64,000 nucleotides of DNA from Candidatus Krumholzibacteriia bacterium (GTDB lineage: Bacteria; Krumholzibacteriota; Krumholzibacteriia; LZORAL124-64-63), in the NCBI GenBank assembly GCA_046484865.1, contig JAWOID010000079.1, positions 19,548 to 83,547 of the forward strand. The letters run 5' to 3'. Both the position numbers and the translations under genes were made by a program. Of the stretch, positions 27,432-37,483 are shown piece after piece (positions within the stretch are counted from its first letter, which is position 1; every line of letters starts with the position of its first letter). The notes beneath the pieces were generated by a model that was not told the DNA's origin, made no database searches, and saw only the letters and a list, made by a program, of their open reading frames with translations.

Positions 27432-27974
27432 ATGTACGATCCGCGGAGCATCCGCCGCTACCAGGAGGCCGACGTCGGCTCCATGAGTCGCGAGAAGATG
27501 ATCACGCTGCTCTACGAGAAGATGATCGGCTGCTTCCAGCAGGCGGACGCCGCGCTCGGCCGGGACGACCGCATCACCATGGTCCAGCGGGTCAACCTGG
27601 CCCTGCGCATCGTCACGGAGCTGCGCAACGCGCTCGACCACGCCGTGGGCGGCGAGATCTCCCGCAACCTGGAGTCGCTGTACGACTTCGTCTTCCACCA
27701 GAGCCTGCAGGTCCTGGTGGACCGCGATCCCGCGCACCTGCGGAATTGCGTCCGCGTGCTCTCGCCGCTGCTCGAGGCGTGGCGACAGATCCCGCCGGGA
27801 ACGGCCGACCGGACCGCCCGGGAGACCGTGTCGCGCAGCCCTGGCGCGGATCCTGCTCCCGCACGCGCCGGCGATGCCCGCGAATCCGTCCGTGCCGACG
27901 ATGCCGGGCGGCCCGGCGGGCCGGACGGCGACCACCGCCGCCTCGAGGCCGGTCTGCTGTCGGTCTCGGCGTGA
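27432..27974 (+). CDS. fliS: Flagellin chaperone FliS
   Basis: LLYE..ELRNALD..GGEISRNLESLYDF..LEAW. Confidence 0.92.
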   Translation: MYDPRSIRRYQEADVGSMSREKMITLLYEKMIGCFQQADAALGRDDRITMVQRVNLALRIVTELRNALDHAVGGEISRNLESLYDFVFHQSLQVLVDRDPAHLRNCVRVLSPLLEAWRQIPPGTADRTARETVSRSPGADPAPARAGDARESVRADDAGRPGGPDGDHRRLEAGLLSVSA

Positions 27975-28021
27975 CCGGACCGGCCCCGCAGCCACCCATG
28001 CGCCCGCGAGGAGGAATCTCC

Positions 28022-28360
28022 GTGTACCTGGCCGCCGCCATCCAGCGGGCCGCCGCCGCCGGCGACGCGCTGGCCGCCGCCATCGCGGCGGGCGACCCGA
28101 CCGCCGCCGCTCCCCTGATCGAGGAGCGCCAGAAGGCGCTGAACGCGCTGCGCGAGGCGCTGGACGGCGCGGATGCCGCCGAGCGGAGCACCTGCCGGGC
28201 GGCCTGGGACGTCCTGGTGGCGGCCGACCGGCGCCTGCAGGCGACCGCCGCGACGGCGCGCGACGTCCTCGGCGACGCCGTCGCCGCCCGGCCGGCACAC
28301 GCGGGCGCCGGGAATCCCTACTGCAGCCCCGCTCCCACCTGCTACGACCGCCAGGCTTGA
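28022..28360 (+). CDS. FliT-like chaperone
   Basis: GTG start after GAGGAGGA; helical LIEERQKAL; position after fliD-fliS. Confidence 0.55.
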   Translation: MYLAAAIQRAAAAGDALAAAIAAGDPTAAAPLIEERQKALNALREALDGADAAERSTCRAAWDVLVAADRRLQATAATARDVLGDAVAARPAHAGAGNPYCSPAPTCYDRQA

Positions 28361-28503
28361 CGGCGAACAACCTCGCACGTCACGCGAAGCCTCGAGGGCA
28401 ATCTCCTCGGGCCGCGTCAGTTATCGGATCATGGTTCGGGATGCGAGATCGGCCCGTACGACGCCGGGCCCGCGGTTGCCCCCGCCAGGCGGCGGGTCGC
28501 GGC

Positions 28504-28767
28504 TCACTCGTCGGGCTTCTCGTCCTTCTCGTCGGGCGGCTCCTTGCGGGACCGCTTGCGGAGGGCGCCGAGATCGACCTCGTCCGACCGCGAGGCCTTC
28601 AGCGTGGCGCTCTTGATCTCCTCGTAGATCTCGTGGCGATGGACGGGAATGGAGCGGGGTGCGTCGATACCGATCTGGACCTGGTCGCCACGGATGTCGA
28701 CGATCATGATCGAGATGTCGTCCCCGATCATGATCTTCTCGTTGCGTTTCCGGCTGAGTATGAGCAC
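28504..28767 (-). CDS. csrA: Carbon storage regulator CsrA
   Basis: [27 protein letters not shown]. Confidence 0.95.
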   Translation of the reverse strand: MLILSRKRNEKIMIGDDISIMIVDIRGDQVQIGIDAPRSIPVHRHEIYEEIKSATLKASRSDEVDLGALRKRSRKEPPDEKDEKPDE

Positions 28768-28802
28768 GGGACCTCCCTGTCCGCGCCTGGTCCTGGCATC
28801 GT

Positions 28803-29354
28803 TCAGACCACGGCGTCGACGGCCTCCGCCTCGCGCCGGGTCTCGTCCCTGCCGCCGTCGCCGCAGGCTCCGGCGCCAGCCGGGAGCTCATTGTCCGACG
28901 ACTCCGATTTGACGGCAAGGCCAAATTTGAAGTAGTCCATCTCCTCGCGCACGGTGTAGAGATCGTCGTCCCGCGCCACCTGGGCGCCCAGGCGGGTCTC
29001 GGTGTCGAGCACCAGCGGGGCCATCAGGTTGCCGGTGACCCGGCTACCGCCCTCGTGCACGGTCGTGATCACCAGGACCGCCAGATTCTCCAGCTCGCGG
29101 TTCTCCAGCCGCAGCTTCACGCTCCGGGGGATCTGCACCTCGTAGTCGTCCCGGAACAGCTCCGGCTGAGTGACCGGGAAGCCGAAATCGCCCCGTTCCA
29201 CCGACTGGAGCCACTTCATGGGCAGATCGTCGCCCATGTCCAGGATCAGCCAGCGCCGCAGCTGCGGCATCCCGATCAGGCCCTCGGGCAACCGGACCAG
29301 GTCCTCCTCACGGTACTCCAGCTCTCCGAAGCGCACCGACGTGAACTTGGGCAT
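28803..29354 (-). CDS. fliW: Flagellar assembly factor FliW
   Basis: RFGEL..GLIG..WLQS..NLMAPLV; adjacent to csrA. Confidence 0.92.
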   Translation of the reverse strand: MPKFTSVRFGELEYREEDLVRLPEGLIGMPQLRRWLILDMGDDLPMKWLQSVERGDFGFPVTQPELFRDDYEVQIPRSVKLRLENRELENLAVLVITTVHEGGSRVTGNLMAPLVLDTETRLGAQVARDDDLYTVREEMDYFKFGLAVKSESSDNELPAGAGACGDGGRDETRREAEAVDAVV

Positions 29355-29387
29355 CTCCGTCTCCTCGCCACCGGCGGCCGACCGCCG

Positions 29388-30926
29388 TTACCGCAGGTAC
29401 ATCATGAGGTTCTGATCGAACAGCTTGCTGGTCACCAGCAGGCTCGCCTGGTAGATCGTCTCGGCGCGGCTCAGGTCGGTCGTCACCCGGGCCATGTCCG
29501 CGTCCCGCTCGAGGGAGAGATTCGTGCGCAGCCGTTCGTCCCGCTGACGCAGGACCCCGTCGATCCAGTCGAGGTCGTTCTGCCGGCCGCCGGTGCGGAT
29601 GATCTCCCCCTGGACGACCTGCTCCAGGGCCGCCAGCTCGGTGAGTGCGCCGCGGATGCGGGCGGGGTCGCCGTCCAGCAGGTCCGCCTTGAGATCCTCG
29701 AGCAGGCCGAAGAGGCGCACGGGCGTGCCCGTCCCCCCCAGGCCCAGCACGGCGGCCGTGTCGCCGCCGGCGCTCACGACGGTGAACATCTCGGGAGCAC
29801 CGTAGACCAGGTCGAGACTCGACGCCTGCAGGCGCAGTTCCATGCCCGGTACCGCCGCCGAGATCAGCGCCTGCAGGTCGGCGACGGTCGTCGCCGAGGA
29901 GAGGTCCACGGTGGTGGTGGTCCCCGCCACGGTGATCTCGATCGAACCCAGGGGCAGGCGGCCGGCCAGGCTCTCGATGGAGGCGAGCGGCGTGGCGGGC
30001 GCCACCGCCGGCCGCACGTCGCGCCCGGTGAGCGTGCCCGATGCGGAGGTACCGCGCAGGCCCAGGCTGGTCGCGGTCTGCCCGTCGCCCGACTCGGCGA
30101 CCGTCAGCGGGCCGTTGCCCGTCAGCTGGAGGGCCGAGCCGTCGGCGCTCACGTCCAGGGTCACCGCGCCGCCGGTCGCGGCCGCCACGGCGGCCATGGC
30201 GTCGCCCACCGTGTTCGCCCCCGACAGGTCCACGGTCCAGCTGGCGCCGGTGCCGTCCTCGATCCGGATGCTGCCGGCCGTCCAGCCCTGGCCGAGGTTC
30301 AGGTCGCTCAGGGCGGTGGCGGCGTCGAGGCGCGGCGCCATGTCCGCACCGCCCGGCAGCACGCTGCTGCGAGCCCCCATGAACCGCTCGCCGGCGATGT
30401 TGATGGTCAGGTCGGTACCGGGACCGGTCGGCGTGACGATGTCGCCGCCGTCGCCCTGGTAGATCACCGCATCCCCGGTGCGCACGAAGGGGGGCGCGTC
30501 CGTGCGGTGGCCGCCGAAGATGTAGTTCCCCTCCACGGCCGTGTTCAGGGTGCTGATCAGGCGATCCATCAGGTTGTCCACGGCGATCGTCGCGTTCCGG
30601 CGCGACTCGGCCGTGGCCACGGCCGACGACTCCCGCAGCACCAGCTCGCGCACCTCGGCGAGGGTGGCGCTCATGTCCTGCAGCGCCGAGTCGGTGGAGT
30701 CGACCAGAGTGCGCGCGCGGCTCACGTTACGCAGGTACTGGTCGTTGCCGGCCACCAGGCTCGAGTACCGCTGGATCGCGGCCACCGCCCGCGGATCGTC
30801 CGCGAACGAGAGGATCCTGCGCATGCTGCCGGCCTGCCGCTGCTTCTGCAGCAGGCGCCCCAGGGCGCTGTTGAGGTCGTTCACCATCAGCTTCGACATG
30901 TAGCTGTCGGAGATGCGGATCGTCAT
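29388..30926 (-). CDS. flgL: Hook-associated protein 3 (512 aa)
   Basis: True start MTIRISD; ADDP, NYIFGG, DADMA..YQASL. Confidence 0.92.
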   Translation of the reverse strand: MTIRISDSYMSKLMVNDLNSALGRLLQKQRQAGSMRRILSFADDPRAVAAIQRYSSLVAGNDQYLRNVSRARTLVDSTDSALQDMSATLAEVRELVLRESSAVATAESRRNATIAVDNLMDRLISTLNTAVEGNYIFGGHRTDAPPFVRTGDAVIYQGDGGDIVTPTGPGTDLTINIAGERFMGARSSVLPGGADMAPRLDAATALSDLNLGQGWTAGSIRIEDGTGASWTVDLSGANTVGDAMAAVAAATGGAVTLDVSADGSALQLTGNGPLTVAESGDGQTATSLGLRGTSASGTLTGRDVRPAVAPATPLASIESLAGRLPLGSIEITVAGTTTTVDLSSATTVADLQALISAAVPGMELRLQASSLDLVYGAPEMFTVVSAGGDTAAVLGLGGTGTPVRLFGLLEDLKADLLDGDPARIRGALTELAALEQVVQGEIIRTGGRQNDLDWIDGVLRQRDERLRTNLSLERDADMARVTTDLSRAETIYQASLLVTSKLFDQNLMMYLR

Positions 30927-30937
30927 GGCCGCCCCTC

Positions 30938-32305
30938 CTAGACCATGTTCAGGAGCGTGTCGTACAGCTCCTGCACGGTGGAGATCACCTTGGCCGCGGC
31001 GCCGTAGGTCTGCTGGTAGCGCACCATGTTCGCGCCCTCCTCGTCCATGCTCACGCCGCTCACCCTGGCGATCCGCGCCTCGATGCTGCCGACCAGGTTC
31101 TGCTGGTTGTCCACCAGGAACTCGAAGCTCGAGCGCTGCGACGCGAGATCGATCAGCAGGGATCGGTAGCGGTCGCCCACGCCCTGCCCGCCGGCCTCCC
31201 CGCCGCCGTTGGCCAGCTCGGCGATGGCGCGCGCGATGTCGTTGTCGCCGGGAGCGCCGCTGCGGGAGGTCGCCACCAGGGACGGATCGTCCTGGATCGC
31301 CGCGATCACGTCGATGGTGTGGATGGAGTCGCCTGTGAAGAACGGCAGACCCGAGGCCAGGCCGCTGTTGCCCTCGCTGTGCAGCGCGTTGACGCTCTCG
31401 ATGAGCGCGCGCGCCACCTCGTCGAGCTTCTCGCGGACGGACGTCACGTGGACGTCGCGGGACGTCAGCAGTCCCTCGAGCCGCCCCTCGGAGAGCTTGA
31501 CGTCGCGCAGGTTGTCCTGCGTGACCACGGTCATCTTGTAACCGTCGCCGTCCTGCACGTAGCGTGACGTGAAGCGCTGGAACGAGCCGCGTGTGACCAT
31601 GGTCCGGCCGGCCAGGATCACGTCCTTGCTGCCGTCGTCGCGCTCGATCACCGACACTTCCGCGATGCGCGACACCTCGGTGATCAGGCGATCGCGCGCG
31701 TCGCGCAGGTCGTTCGCCGCCTCGCCGCCCACCTCCGCCGCCATGATATGCTCGTTGAGTCCGGCCACCTGAGCGAGCAGATCGTTCAGCTGGACGATCT
31801 CCTGCTGCACCGCCTGCTCGATGTTGCGTTCCATGTCGTCGAGGCCGTTGCTGAGCGCATGGAAGTCGGCCACCAGACTCTGCGCGGAGCTCACGACCGA
31901 CTGCTTCAGACCCGGGTTCGCGGGCGGCGTGGCGAGATCGCTCCAGGCATTGAAGAAGTCGGTGAGGGCGTCGCCGAGATGGTCGTTGTCCACCGAGCCG
32001 AGAATCGCTTCCAGGTCGTACAGCGTGGCGTCCGCCGTGGCGTAGCTCTCGTACTTGGCCGCCTGCTTGCGCAGGTTCGCCAGCAGGAACTCGTCCTGCA
32101 TCCGCCGGATGCCCGCGATGTCCACGCCCCGGCCGATCGCGCCGAAGGTGAGCATCAGGGGCCGGCGCGCGGCGAACACCGTCTGCTGGCGGCTGTAGCC
32201 GGGCGTGCCGGCGTTGGCGATGTTGTGGCTGACCGTCGCCAGACCCGCCTGCGCGGCGAACATCGCCGAGAGGCTCGTGTCCATCACGTGGCCCAGACCG
32301 CCCAT
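30938..32305 (-). CDS. flgK: Hook-associated protein 1
   Basis: SHNIANAGTPGYSRQ, NDLRDARD, SGVSMDEE..YQQTY. Confidence 0.95.
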   Translation of the reverse strand: MGGLGHVMDTSLSAMFAAQAGLATVSHNIANAGTPGYSRQQTVFAARRPLMLTFGAIGRGVDIAGIRRMQDEFLLANLRKQAAKYESYATADATLYDLEAILGSVDNDHLGDALTDFFNAWSDLATPPANPGLKQSVVSSAQSLVADFHALSNGLDDMERNIEQAVQQEIVQLNDLLAQVAGLNEHIMAAEVGGEAANDLRDARDRLITEVSRIAEVSVIERDDGSKDVILAGRTMVTRGSFQRFTSRYVQDGDGYKMTVVTQDNLRDVKLSEGRLEGLLTSRDVHVTSVREKLDEVARALIESVNALHSEGNSGLASGLPFFTGDSIHTIDVIAAIQDDPSLVATSRSGAPGDNDIARAIAELANGGGEAGGQGVGDRYRSLLIDLASQRSSFEFLVDNQQNLVGSIEARIARVSGVSMDEEGANMVRYQQTYGAAAKVISTVQELYDTLLNMV

Positions 32306-32332
32306 GGCTCTCTCCTCTTTCCGCGGCGGCCG

Positions 32333-32866
32333 TCAGGCCTGCCGCACCAGGACGCCGCCGGGACCCGCGGTGGTGCGCCGGGCGTCGCCGCCGTAGCGGC
32401 CGGCCGGATCCTGCAGGACGCCGTTGCGGAAGATCTCCGTCTCCTCCTGGAGCAGATCCAGGCAGTAGCGGGTCAGATGACGGTTCAGCTCGTTGCGACG
32501 GGCCAGCTCGGTGGTGACCGCCAGCAGACCGCTGACGCGGCTGCGCACCGCGGTCTTCACGTCCATCGGAGCGTAGTCCAGCAGCGCGGTCGGCGACGGC
32601 GGCGGGGCGGTGAAGCCCAGGCGCCGGGCGCAGTCGGCCACGTACGACTCCCGGGCGCGCCGGGCAGCGGTCGCCAGCGGCAGATACTTCCCCCACTCCG
32701 CCGCATTGCTCTCCAGTCGCCCGAGGTCGTGGCAGCCGAGGTACCGGTTCTGGCGCCGGGTCAGCCGGACCAGTCGCCGGTAGGCGCGTTCCTCCGCCTC
32801 GAGCAGCGAGCAGATCTCGCGGGCCTCCTGCGCGGTCAGGATCGATTCACGGGTGGAACTGCTCAT
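32333..32866 (-). CDS. flgN: FlgK/FlgL export chaperone FlgN
   Basis: Start MSSSTRE; LEAEERAY..L, ELARRNELNRHL; upstream of flgK. Confidence 0.78.
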   Translation of the reverse strand: MSSSTRESILTAQEAREICSLLEAEERAYRRLVRLTRRQNRYLGCHDLGRLESNAAEWGKYLPLATAARRARESYVADCARRLGFTAPPPSPTALLDYAPMDVKTAVRSRVSGLLAVTTELARRNELNRHLTRYCLDLLQEETEIFRNGVLQDPAGRYGGDARRTTAGPGGVLVRQA

Positions 32867-33924
32867 GACTCCTCCGCTGCCGGCGGCTCGGGTTCGAGGA
32901 CGGTCGGGGCGGGAACCCCGCCAGAACCGTGCCACTCGGCGCCAGCGCGGCCAGATCCACGCGGTGGCGGCGCGAGCTTCCCGTAGAGGTCGAGGACCTT
33001 CTCGACGTAGCGCCGGGTTTCGGGGTAGTCCGGCACCGCGCGACCGGCGCGGTCCACGCTGCCGGGACCGGCGTTGTAGGCCGCCAGGGCGAGGTCCAGC
33101 CGACCCGCATAACGCTCCAGGAGGCCGCCCAGGTAGCGCGCGCCGCCCAGCACGTTCTCCTCCGGGCGGTCCGGGTCCACGCCCACCTCGCGCGCCGTGC
33201 CCGGCATCAACTGCATCAGTCCGCGCGCCCCGCGCGGCGAGACGGCGTCGGCCCGGCCCGCCGATTCCGCCTGCATCACTGCCAGCACCAGGGCCGGATC
33301 CACGTCGGTCTCGTCGCTGGCACGCGCGATGGCGCCGCCCCAGGTGCGCAGGGTGTCGGCCGCCGCCGGCGCCGCCCCGGGGGCGAGCGTCGCCAGCTCG
33401 CGCACCCGCTCCAGCGCCGTGGGCGCCCGCGAGCCGGTCTCGGTGCGATAGGCGGCGAGTCCCCTGCGCACCGCCGGTGCGGCCGGGGGTGCGGGGGGTG
33501 CCGGCGGCGTCGGCGGCGTCGGCGCGTCCGGCTCGTCGGTGGCCGCATTCAACTGCTTGATCACCATCTCGGCGATACCAACGCCCGAATGCCCGCCCGC
33601 GAGGTGGCGGGCCAGCTCCGCATCGTGCAGGTCCCGGTAGATGGCGCCGGCGCCGCCTTGCGAGAATAGGCCGCCCTCGGGGACGGTCGCCCGCATGGCG
33701 CGCATCAGGACGCCCAGGAACACGGCCTCGAACTCCCGCGCCGCCCCCTCGAGCGCGGCGCGCTCGCGGTCCGGCGCGGCCGGCTTTCCCGCGTCCGGCG
33801 CGGTGTCGATGCCTGCGGGGGCGACGGCGCCCGCGCCGGCCGTCGGCGGGTTGCCGGCGCCGGCGATCCGCGGCGTGGCGGCACCGGCGATCGGCGTGGG
33901 CGGACCGTGCACCTCGATGCTCAC
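32863..33924 (-). CDS. flgJ: FlgJ rod-binding domain fused to SLT/GH23 lytic transglycosylase
   Basis: AAREFEAVFL..MRATVP..GIAEM plus MQAES, GLMQLMP, AAYNAG, YPETRRYV. Confidence 0.88.
   Translation of the reverse strand: MSIEVHGPPTPIAGAATPRIAGAGNPPTAGAGAVAPAGIDTAPDAGKPAAPDRERAALEGAAREFEAVFLGVLMRAMRATVPEGGLFSQGGAGAIYRDLHDAELARHLAGGHSGVGIAEMVIKQLNAATDEPDAPTPPTPPAPPAPPAAPAVRRGLAAYRTETGSRAPTALERVRELATLAPGAAPAAADTLRTWGGAIARASDETDVDPALVLAVMQAESAGRADAVSPRGARGLMQLMPGTAREVGVDPDRPEENVLGGARYLGGLLERYAGRLDLALAAYNAGPGSVDRAGRAVPDYPETRRYVEKVLDLYGKLAPPPRGSGRAGAEWHGSGGVPAPTVLEPEPPAAEES
32920..32934 (-). promoter_or_regulatory. Putative internal sigma54 promoter for flgN-flgK-flgL-fliW-csrA
   Basis: TGGCAC-GGTTC-TGGC (GG-N10-GC), about 54 nt above flgN inside the flgJ tail. 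Confidence 0.55.
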
Positions 33925-33925
33925 G

Positions 33926-35047
33926 TCACAGCACCACCAGTTCCGCCTGGAGCGCGCCGGCCTGCTTGAGGGCCTCGAGGATGGCGATGATGTCCCGAGG
34001 ACTCGCGCCGATGTCGTTGAGCACTCCGACCACGTCGGCCACGGTGCTCGTCTCGGGAATGCGCAGGACCTGGGCCTCGCGGTCGTCCACCTGGGTCTGG
34101 ACGTCCGGCGTCACCACCGTGCGGCCGGCCGGCGAGAAGGGCGCGGGCTGGGAGACGTCGTACCAGGTCTTGATCGTCACCTTGAGGGTGCCGTGGGCCA
34201 CGGCCGCCTCCTTGAGGACCACGTTGGCGCCCACGATGATGGTGCCGGTGCGCTCGTTGATCACCACCCGGGCCGCCGCGTCGCTGCGGGTGCGCAGCTC
34301 GCTCATGGCGGCGATGAAGGCCACCGGTTCGTCGAGGTGCGCCGGCGGCAAGGTCACCTCGATCCGCTGCGCGGTGGAAGCCCTGGCCACCGACTCCCCG
34401 TAGATGGCGTTGATGGAGTTCGCCACGTTCGCGGCCGTGCTGAAATCGGGATGGTGCAGCAGCCAGGCCACCCGCCCGCCGGAGATGTACTGCGATGGCA
34501 GCAGCCGCTTCACCGTGCCGCCGCCGGGCACGAGCCCGACGGTGGCGTGATTCTTCCGGAAGCTGTTGTTGGCCCCGCTCTTGATGTTGAAGCCGCCGAT
34601 GGAGACGCTCCCCTGCGCCACGACGACCACGGTGCCGTCGAGCGCCAGCAGCGGCGTCATCACCAACTGCCCGCCCTCCAGGCTCGACGCATCTCCGATC
34701 GACGAGACCGTCACGTTCACGCGGCTACCCACCGCCACGCCGGGATCGAGCTGCGCCGTCACCAGGACGGCCGCCACGTTCTTCATCTTGAGCTGCTCCG
34801 GGTCCACGGTCAGCCCCAGCCGCTCGAGCATGGCGCTCAGCGAGTTCAAGGTGGACTCCGAGCCCTGGCCGTCGCCGGTGCCGCCGAGCCCGACCACGAT
34901 GCCGTAGCCCACCAGCGGCTCGCTGGACGTCCCCTCCAGCCGCGCCAGATCCTTGATGCGCGACTCGGCCTCCGCCTTCGCGCTGCCGGCGAGAAGGGTG
35001 GCGACCGCCAGGATGACGATGGTCACGACGATGGTGGCGCGGCGCAT
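33926..35047 (-). CDS. flgI: P-ring protein
   Basis: Start MRRATIV; RIKDL, GYGIVVGLGGTGD, KNVAAVLVTA, VVINERTGT. Confidence 0.96.
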   Translation of the reverse strand: MRRATIVVTIVILAVATLLAGSAKAEAESRIKDLARLEGTSSEPLVGYGIVVGLGGTGDGQGSESTLNSLSAMLERLGLTVDPEQLKMKNVAAVLVTAQLDPGVAVGSRVNVTVSSIGDASSLEGGQLVMTPLLALDGTVVVVAQGSVSIGGFNIKSGANNSFRKNHATVGLVPGGGTVKRLLPSQYISGGRVAWLLHHPDFSTAANVANSINAIYGESVARASTAQRIEVTLPPAHLDEPVAFIAAMSELRTRSDAAARVVINERTGTIIVGANVVLKEAAVAHGTLKVTIKTWYDVSQPAPFSPAGRTVVTPDVQTQVDDREAQVLRIPETSTVADVVGVLNDIGASPRDIIAILEALKQAGALQAELVVL

Positions 35048-35058
35048 GGGGTGCCCTC

Positions 35059-35640
35059 CTAGAAGAGCCAGTGGACGATCTTGGTGACGATGCCGGGCTC
35101 GCCGGCGGAGTGGACCGTGCCCGCGCCGGTGTACGCGATCTGGGCGTCGGAGATGAAGGTGCTGAGAATCGTGTTGTCGGCGCGGATGTCCCGGGGACGG
35201 CAGATGCCGGTGATCTCGATCAGCTGGCTCTCGCCGTTGATCTTCACCATCCGGCTGCCCTCCAGCCGGTAGTCGCCGTTGTGCAGGACCTCCACCACGC
35301 GGGCGGAGATCTCCGCGCGCAGGTCGCCGCTGCGCTGCGTCTTGCCGTCGCCCTTGTACTTGGACTCGCTCTCGAAGCCCCAGGAGGGGATGAAATCGAG
35401 GAAGCCCAGCCCCGGTCCGCCCGAGACCTCGCTCTTCTCGTTCCCGTCGGTCTTGCTGGTCGTGCTGGCGCTGGTGCGCTCCACGATCAGGATGGTCACC
35501 ACGTCGCCGAGCACCCGCGCCTTCTGGTTGGTGACCAGCGAGGCGCCGGAATCCAGGTCGATGAGCGGTTCCGCGGCGCGCGCAGGCGCGGCCGCGCCCA
35601 CGAGGAGCGCGCACAGGGCGATCGCCAGCATGAGAGGCAT
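35059..35640 (-). CDS. flgH: L-ring protein
   Basis: Start MPLMLAI; KARVLGDVVTILIVE, VVEVLHNG, RPRDI..N..S..ISDA. Confidence 0.92.
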   Translation of the reverse strand: MPLMLAIALCALLVGAAAPARAAEPLIDLDSGASLVTNQKARVLGDVVTILIVERTSASTTSKTDGNEKSEVSGGPGLGFLDFIPSWGFESESKYKGDGKTQRSGDLRAEISARVVEVLHNGDYRLEGSRMVKINGESQLIEITGICRPRDIRADNTILSTFISDAQIAYTGAGTVHSAGEPGIVTKIVHWLF

Positions 35641-36641
35641 CAGTTCCTCCAGTCCACCTGACCGGGGCCGGTCACCCGGGCGGTGATCACGCGACCCGTC
35701 AGTTCGTTGCGCACGGGAATGGTCTCGCCGAGGGCGCCGTCGCGCCGGGCCGTGGCGCGAACCGCGACGACCACCGTGCCGCGCCGCACGCGCAGGTCCA
35801 CGGGCTCGCCGCTGCGCACGATGGCGGTGGGCCGGAGGTCGGCGCTGCGGATGGGTTGCCCCGGAGCCAGGTCGCGGCCGGCGCTCATCCCCCGCAGGGC
35901 CGTACGGCCGGTGGCCACCCCGTGCCGGACCGCGGCGAGGTCGACCCACTCCCAGGCGCAGTCGTCGTCGTCGAGCCGCGTGCCCGCGGCCAGGGCCCGC
36001 CGCGGCACCGGCAGCTCGCCGTATGCGTGCAGCACCGCCTCCACCGTCAGGCGCTGGACGCGGCCGCCGCTCCGCACCTCGACGGGCAGCAGGTTGCGCC
36101 CCGGCGAGAGCGGCCGGGTCTCGCTGGTGCGCACGGACCACGCGCGCGCCACGGGAATGCTGCGATCCGGCACCGTCACCTCGAGTCGGCTGGGCGGCGC
36201 GCCGGGCGCGGCGGCCGGGATCAGCGGGGCGGCGGCAGCTTGCACGGCCTGCACCAGTTCCGGGGGCGTCAGCTCGGCGCCCGCGAGCAGGACGCGACAC
36301 GCGGAGGCGCCGGTGAGGCGCACGTCCGCGGCCAGTCCCAGCGCCACCAGGCGCCGCAGGATCGCGCGCGCCTCGAGCGTGACCCACCGGCCCGGCGTGC
36401 CGCCCGCATGGAGCACCACCTCCGCCGCCGGGTCCGGAACGCTTCCGAGAGCGACGTCCGCGAGGCGCACCTCGGTGCCGCCCACGCGGCACGAGTCGGC
36501 GAGGTCCAGGGTCCATGCGGCCGCCGGCGCGGCGGTCTGGGCGGTGGCCGCCGCCAGCAGTGCCAGCAGCACCGGCAGCAGTGCCGGGCGCCGTCGCGCG
36601 CGCGCAGCGACAGCGGATGCGATGAGACCCACCACGATCAC
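35640..36641 (-). CDS. flgA: P-ring assembly chaperone
   Basis: Signal peptide, SAF region, IVRSGEPV..DGALGETIPVRN. Confidence 0.88.
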   Translation of the reverse strand: MIVVGLIASAVAARARRRPALLPVLLALLAAATAQTAAPAAAWTLDLADSCRVGGTEVRLADVALGSVPDPAAEVVLHAGGTPGRWVTLEARAILRRLVALGLAADVRLTGASACRVLLAGAELTPPELVQAVQAAAAPLIPAAAPGAPPSRLEVTVPDRSIPVARAWSVRTSETRPLSPGRNLLPVEVRSGGRVQRLTVEAVLHAYGELPVPRRALAAGTRLDDDDCAWEWVDLAAVRHGVATGRTALRGMSAGRDLAPGQPIRSADLRPTAIVRSGEPVDLRVRRGTVVVAVRATARRDGALGETIPVRNELTGRVITARVTGPGQVDWRN

Positions 36642-37429
36642 CTCTTCAGCCGGTTCACGGTCTGGTACATCTCGTCCGCCATGGTGATCGACTTCGAGTT
36701 CAGCTCGTACGCCCGCTGCGCCGAGATCATGCTCACCAGCTGGTCCACCGCCTCGACGTTGCTGCTCTCGAGGAACCCGGAGGTGGTCTCGCCCAGCCCC
36801 TCGAGGCCGGGCTGGGCCAGGATCGGCGCGCCCGAATTGGGGGTCTCGAGCAACAGGTTGCCGCCGCGTGCCGCCAGCCCGCCCGAGTTCGGAAACCGCG
36901 CCAGTTCGAGCCGGCCGATCTCCTGGATCGAGGCGGCGTCGCCCTGCAGCCGCACGCCCACCACGCCGTCGCGGCCCACGGCGATCTCCACCGCGTCGGC
37001 GGGAACCTGCATCTCCGGCTCCAGGCGATACCCCGCGGAGGTGACCAGGTTGCGGTCGGCGTCCAGCTTGAAGCTGCCGTCACGGGTGTAGGCGACGCTG
37101 CCGTCCGGCAGGCGCACCTGGAAGAACCCGTCGCCCTCGATCATCACGTCGAGGGGGTTGCCGGTCTGGATCACCATGCCCTGGCCGAGATTCTTGCGCG
37201 TGGCCACGAGCCGGACCCCGTGCCCCACCTCGATCCGGTTGGGCGCGGCGCGGCCGTCCACCCCGAGCGTGCCGCCCGGCGCCACCTGCTCGTACAGCAG
37301 GTCCTGGAACTCGGGACGGCTCTCCTTGTAGCCGGTGGTGTTCACGTTCGCGAGGTTGTTGGCGATCGTGTCGATGTTCAGCTGCTGGGCCTTCATGCCC
37401 GAGGCGGCGGTGCTCATCGCTCGCAGCAT
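36638..37429 (-). CDS. flgG: Distal rod protein
   Basis: MLRAMSTAASGM..NNLANVNTTGYK; LESSNV..AQRAYELNSK. Confidence 0.96.
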   Translation of the reverse strand: MLRAMSTAASGMKAQQLNIDTIANNLANVNTTGYKESRPEFQDLLYEQVAPGGTLGVDGRAAPNRIEVGHGVRLVATRKNLGQGMVIQTGNPLDVMIEGDGFFQVRLPDGSVAYTRDGSFKLDADRNLVTSAGYRLEPEMQVPADAVEIAVGRDGVVGVRLQGDAASIQEIGRLELARFPNSGGLAARGGNLLLETPNSGAPILAQPGLEGLGETTSGFLESSNVEAVDQLVSMISAQRAYELNSKSITMADEMYQTVNRLKR

Positions 37430-37483
37430 GCGTTCTCCTCCGTCATGCGGGACTGCCGGGCCGGCGGTTCCTCACCGCCCGCG

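Noticed and set aside
28421..28450. TCCGATAA sigma28-like -10 on the minus strand after csrA
   Set aside because: No matching -35 and it points antisense into the fliT-like gene
29388..32696. 1102-aa ORF suggesting a giant FlgL or FlgK-FlgL fusion
   Set aside because: The upstream part is an off-frame read through flgK; FlgL starts at 30926 with its own RBS
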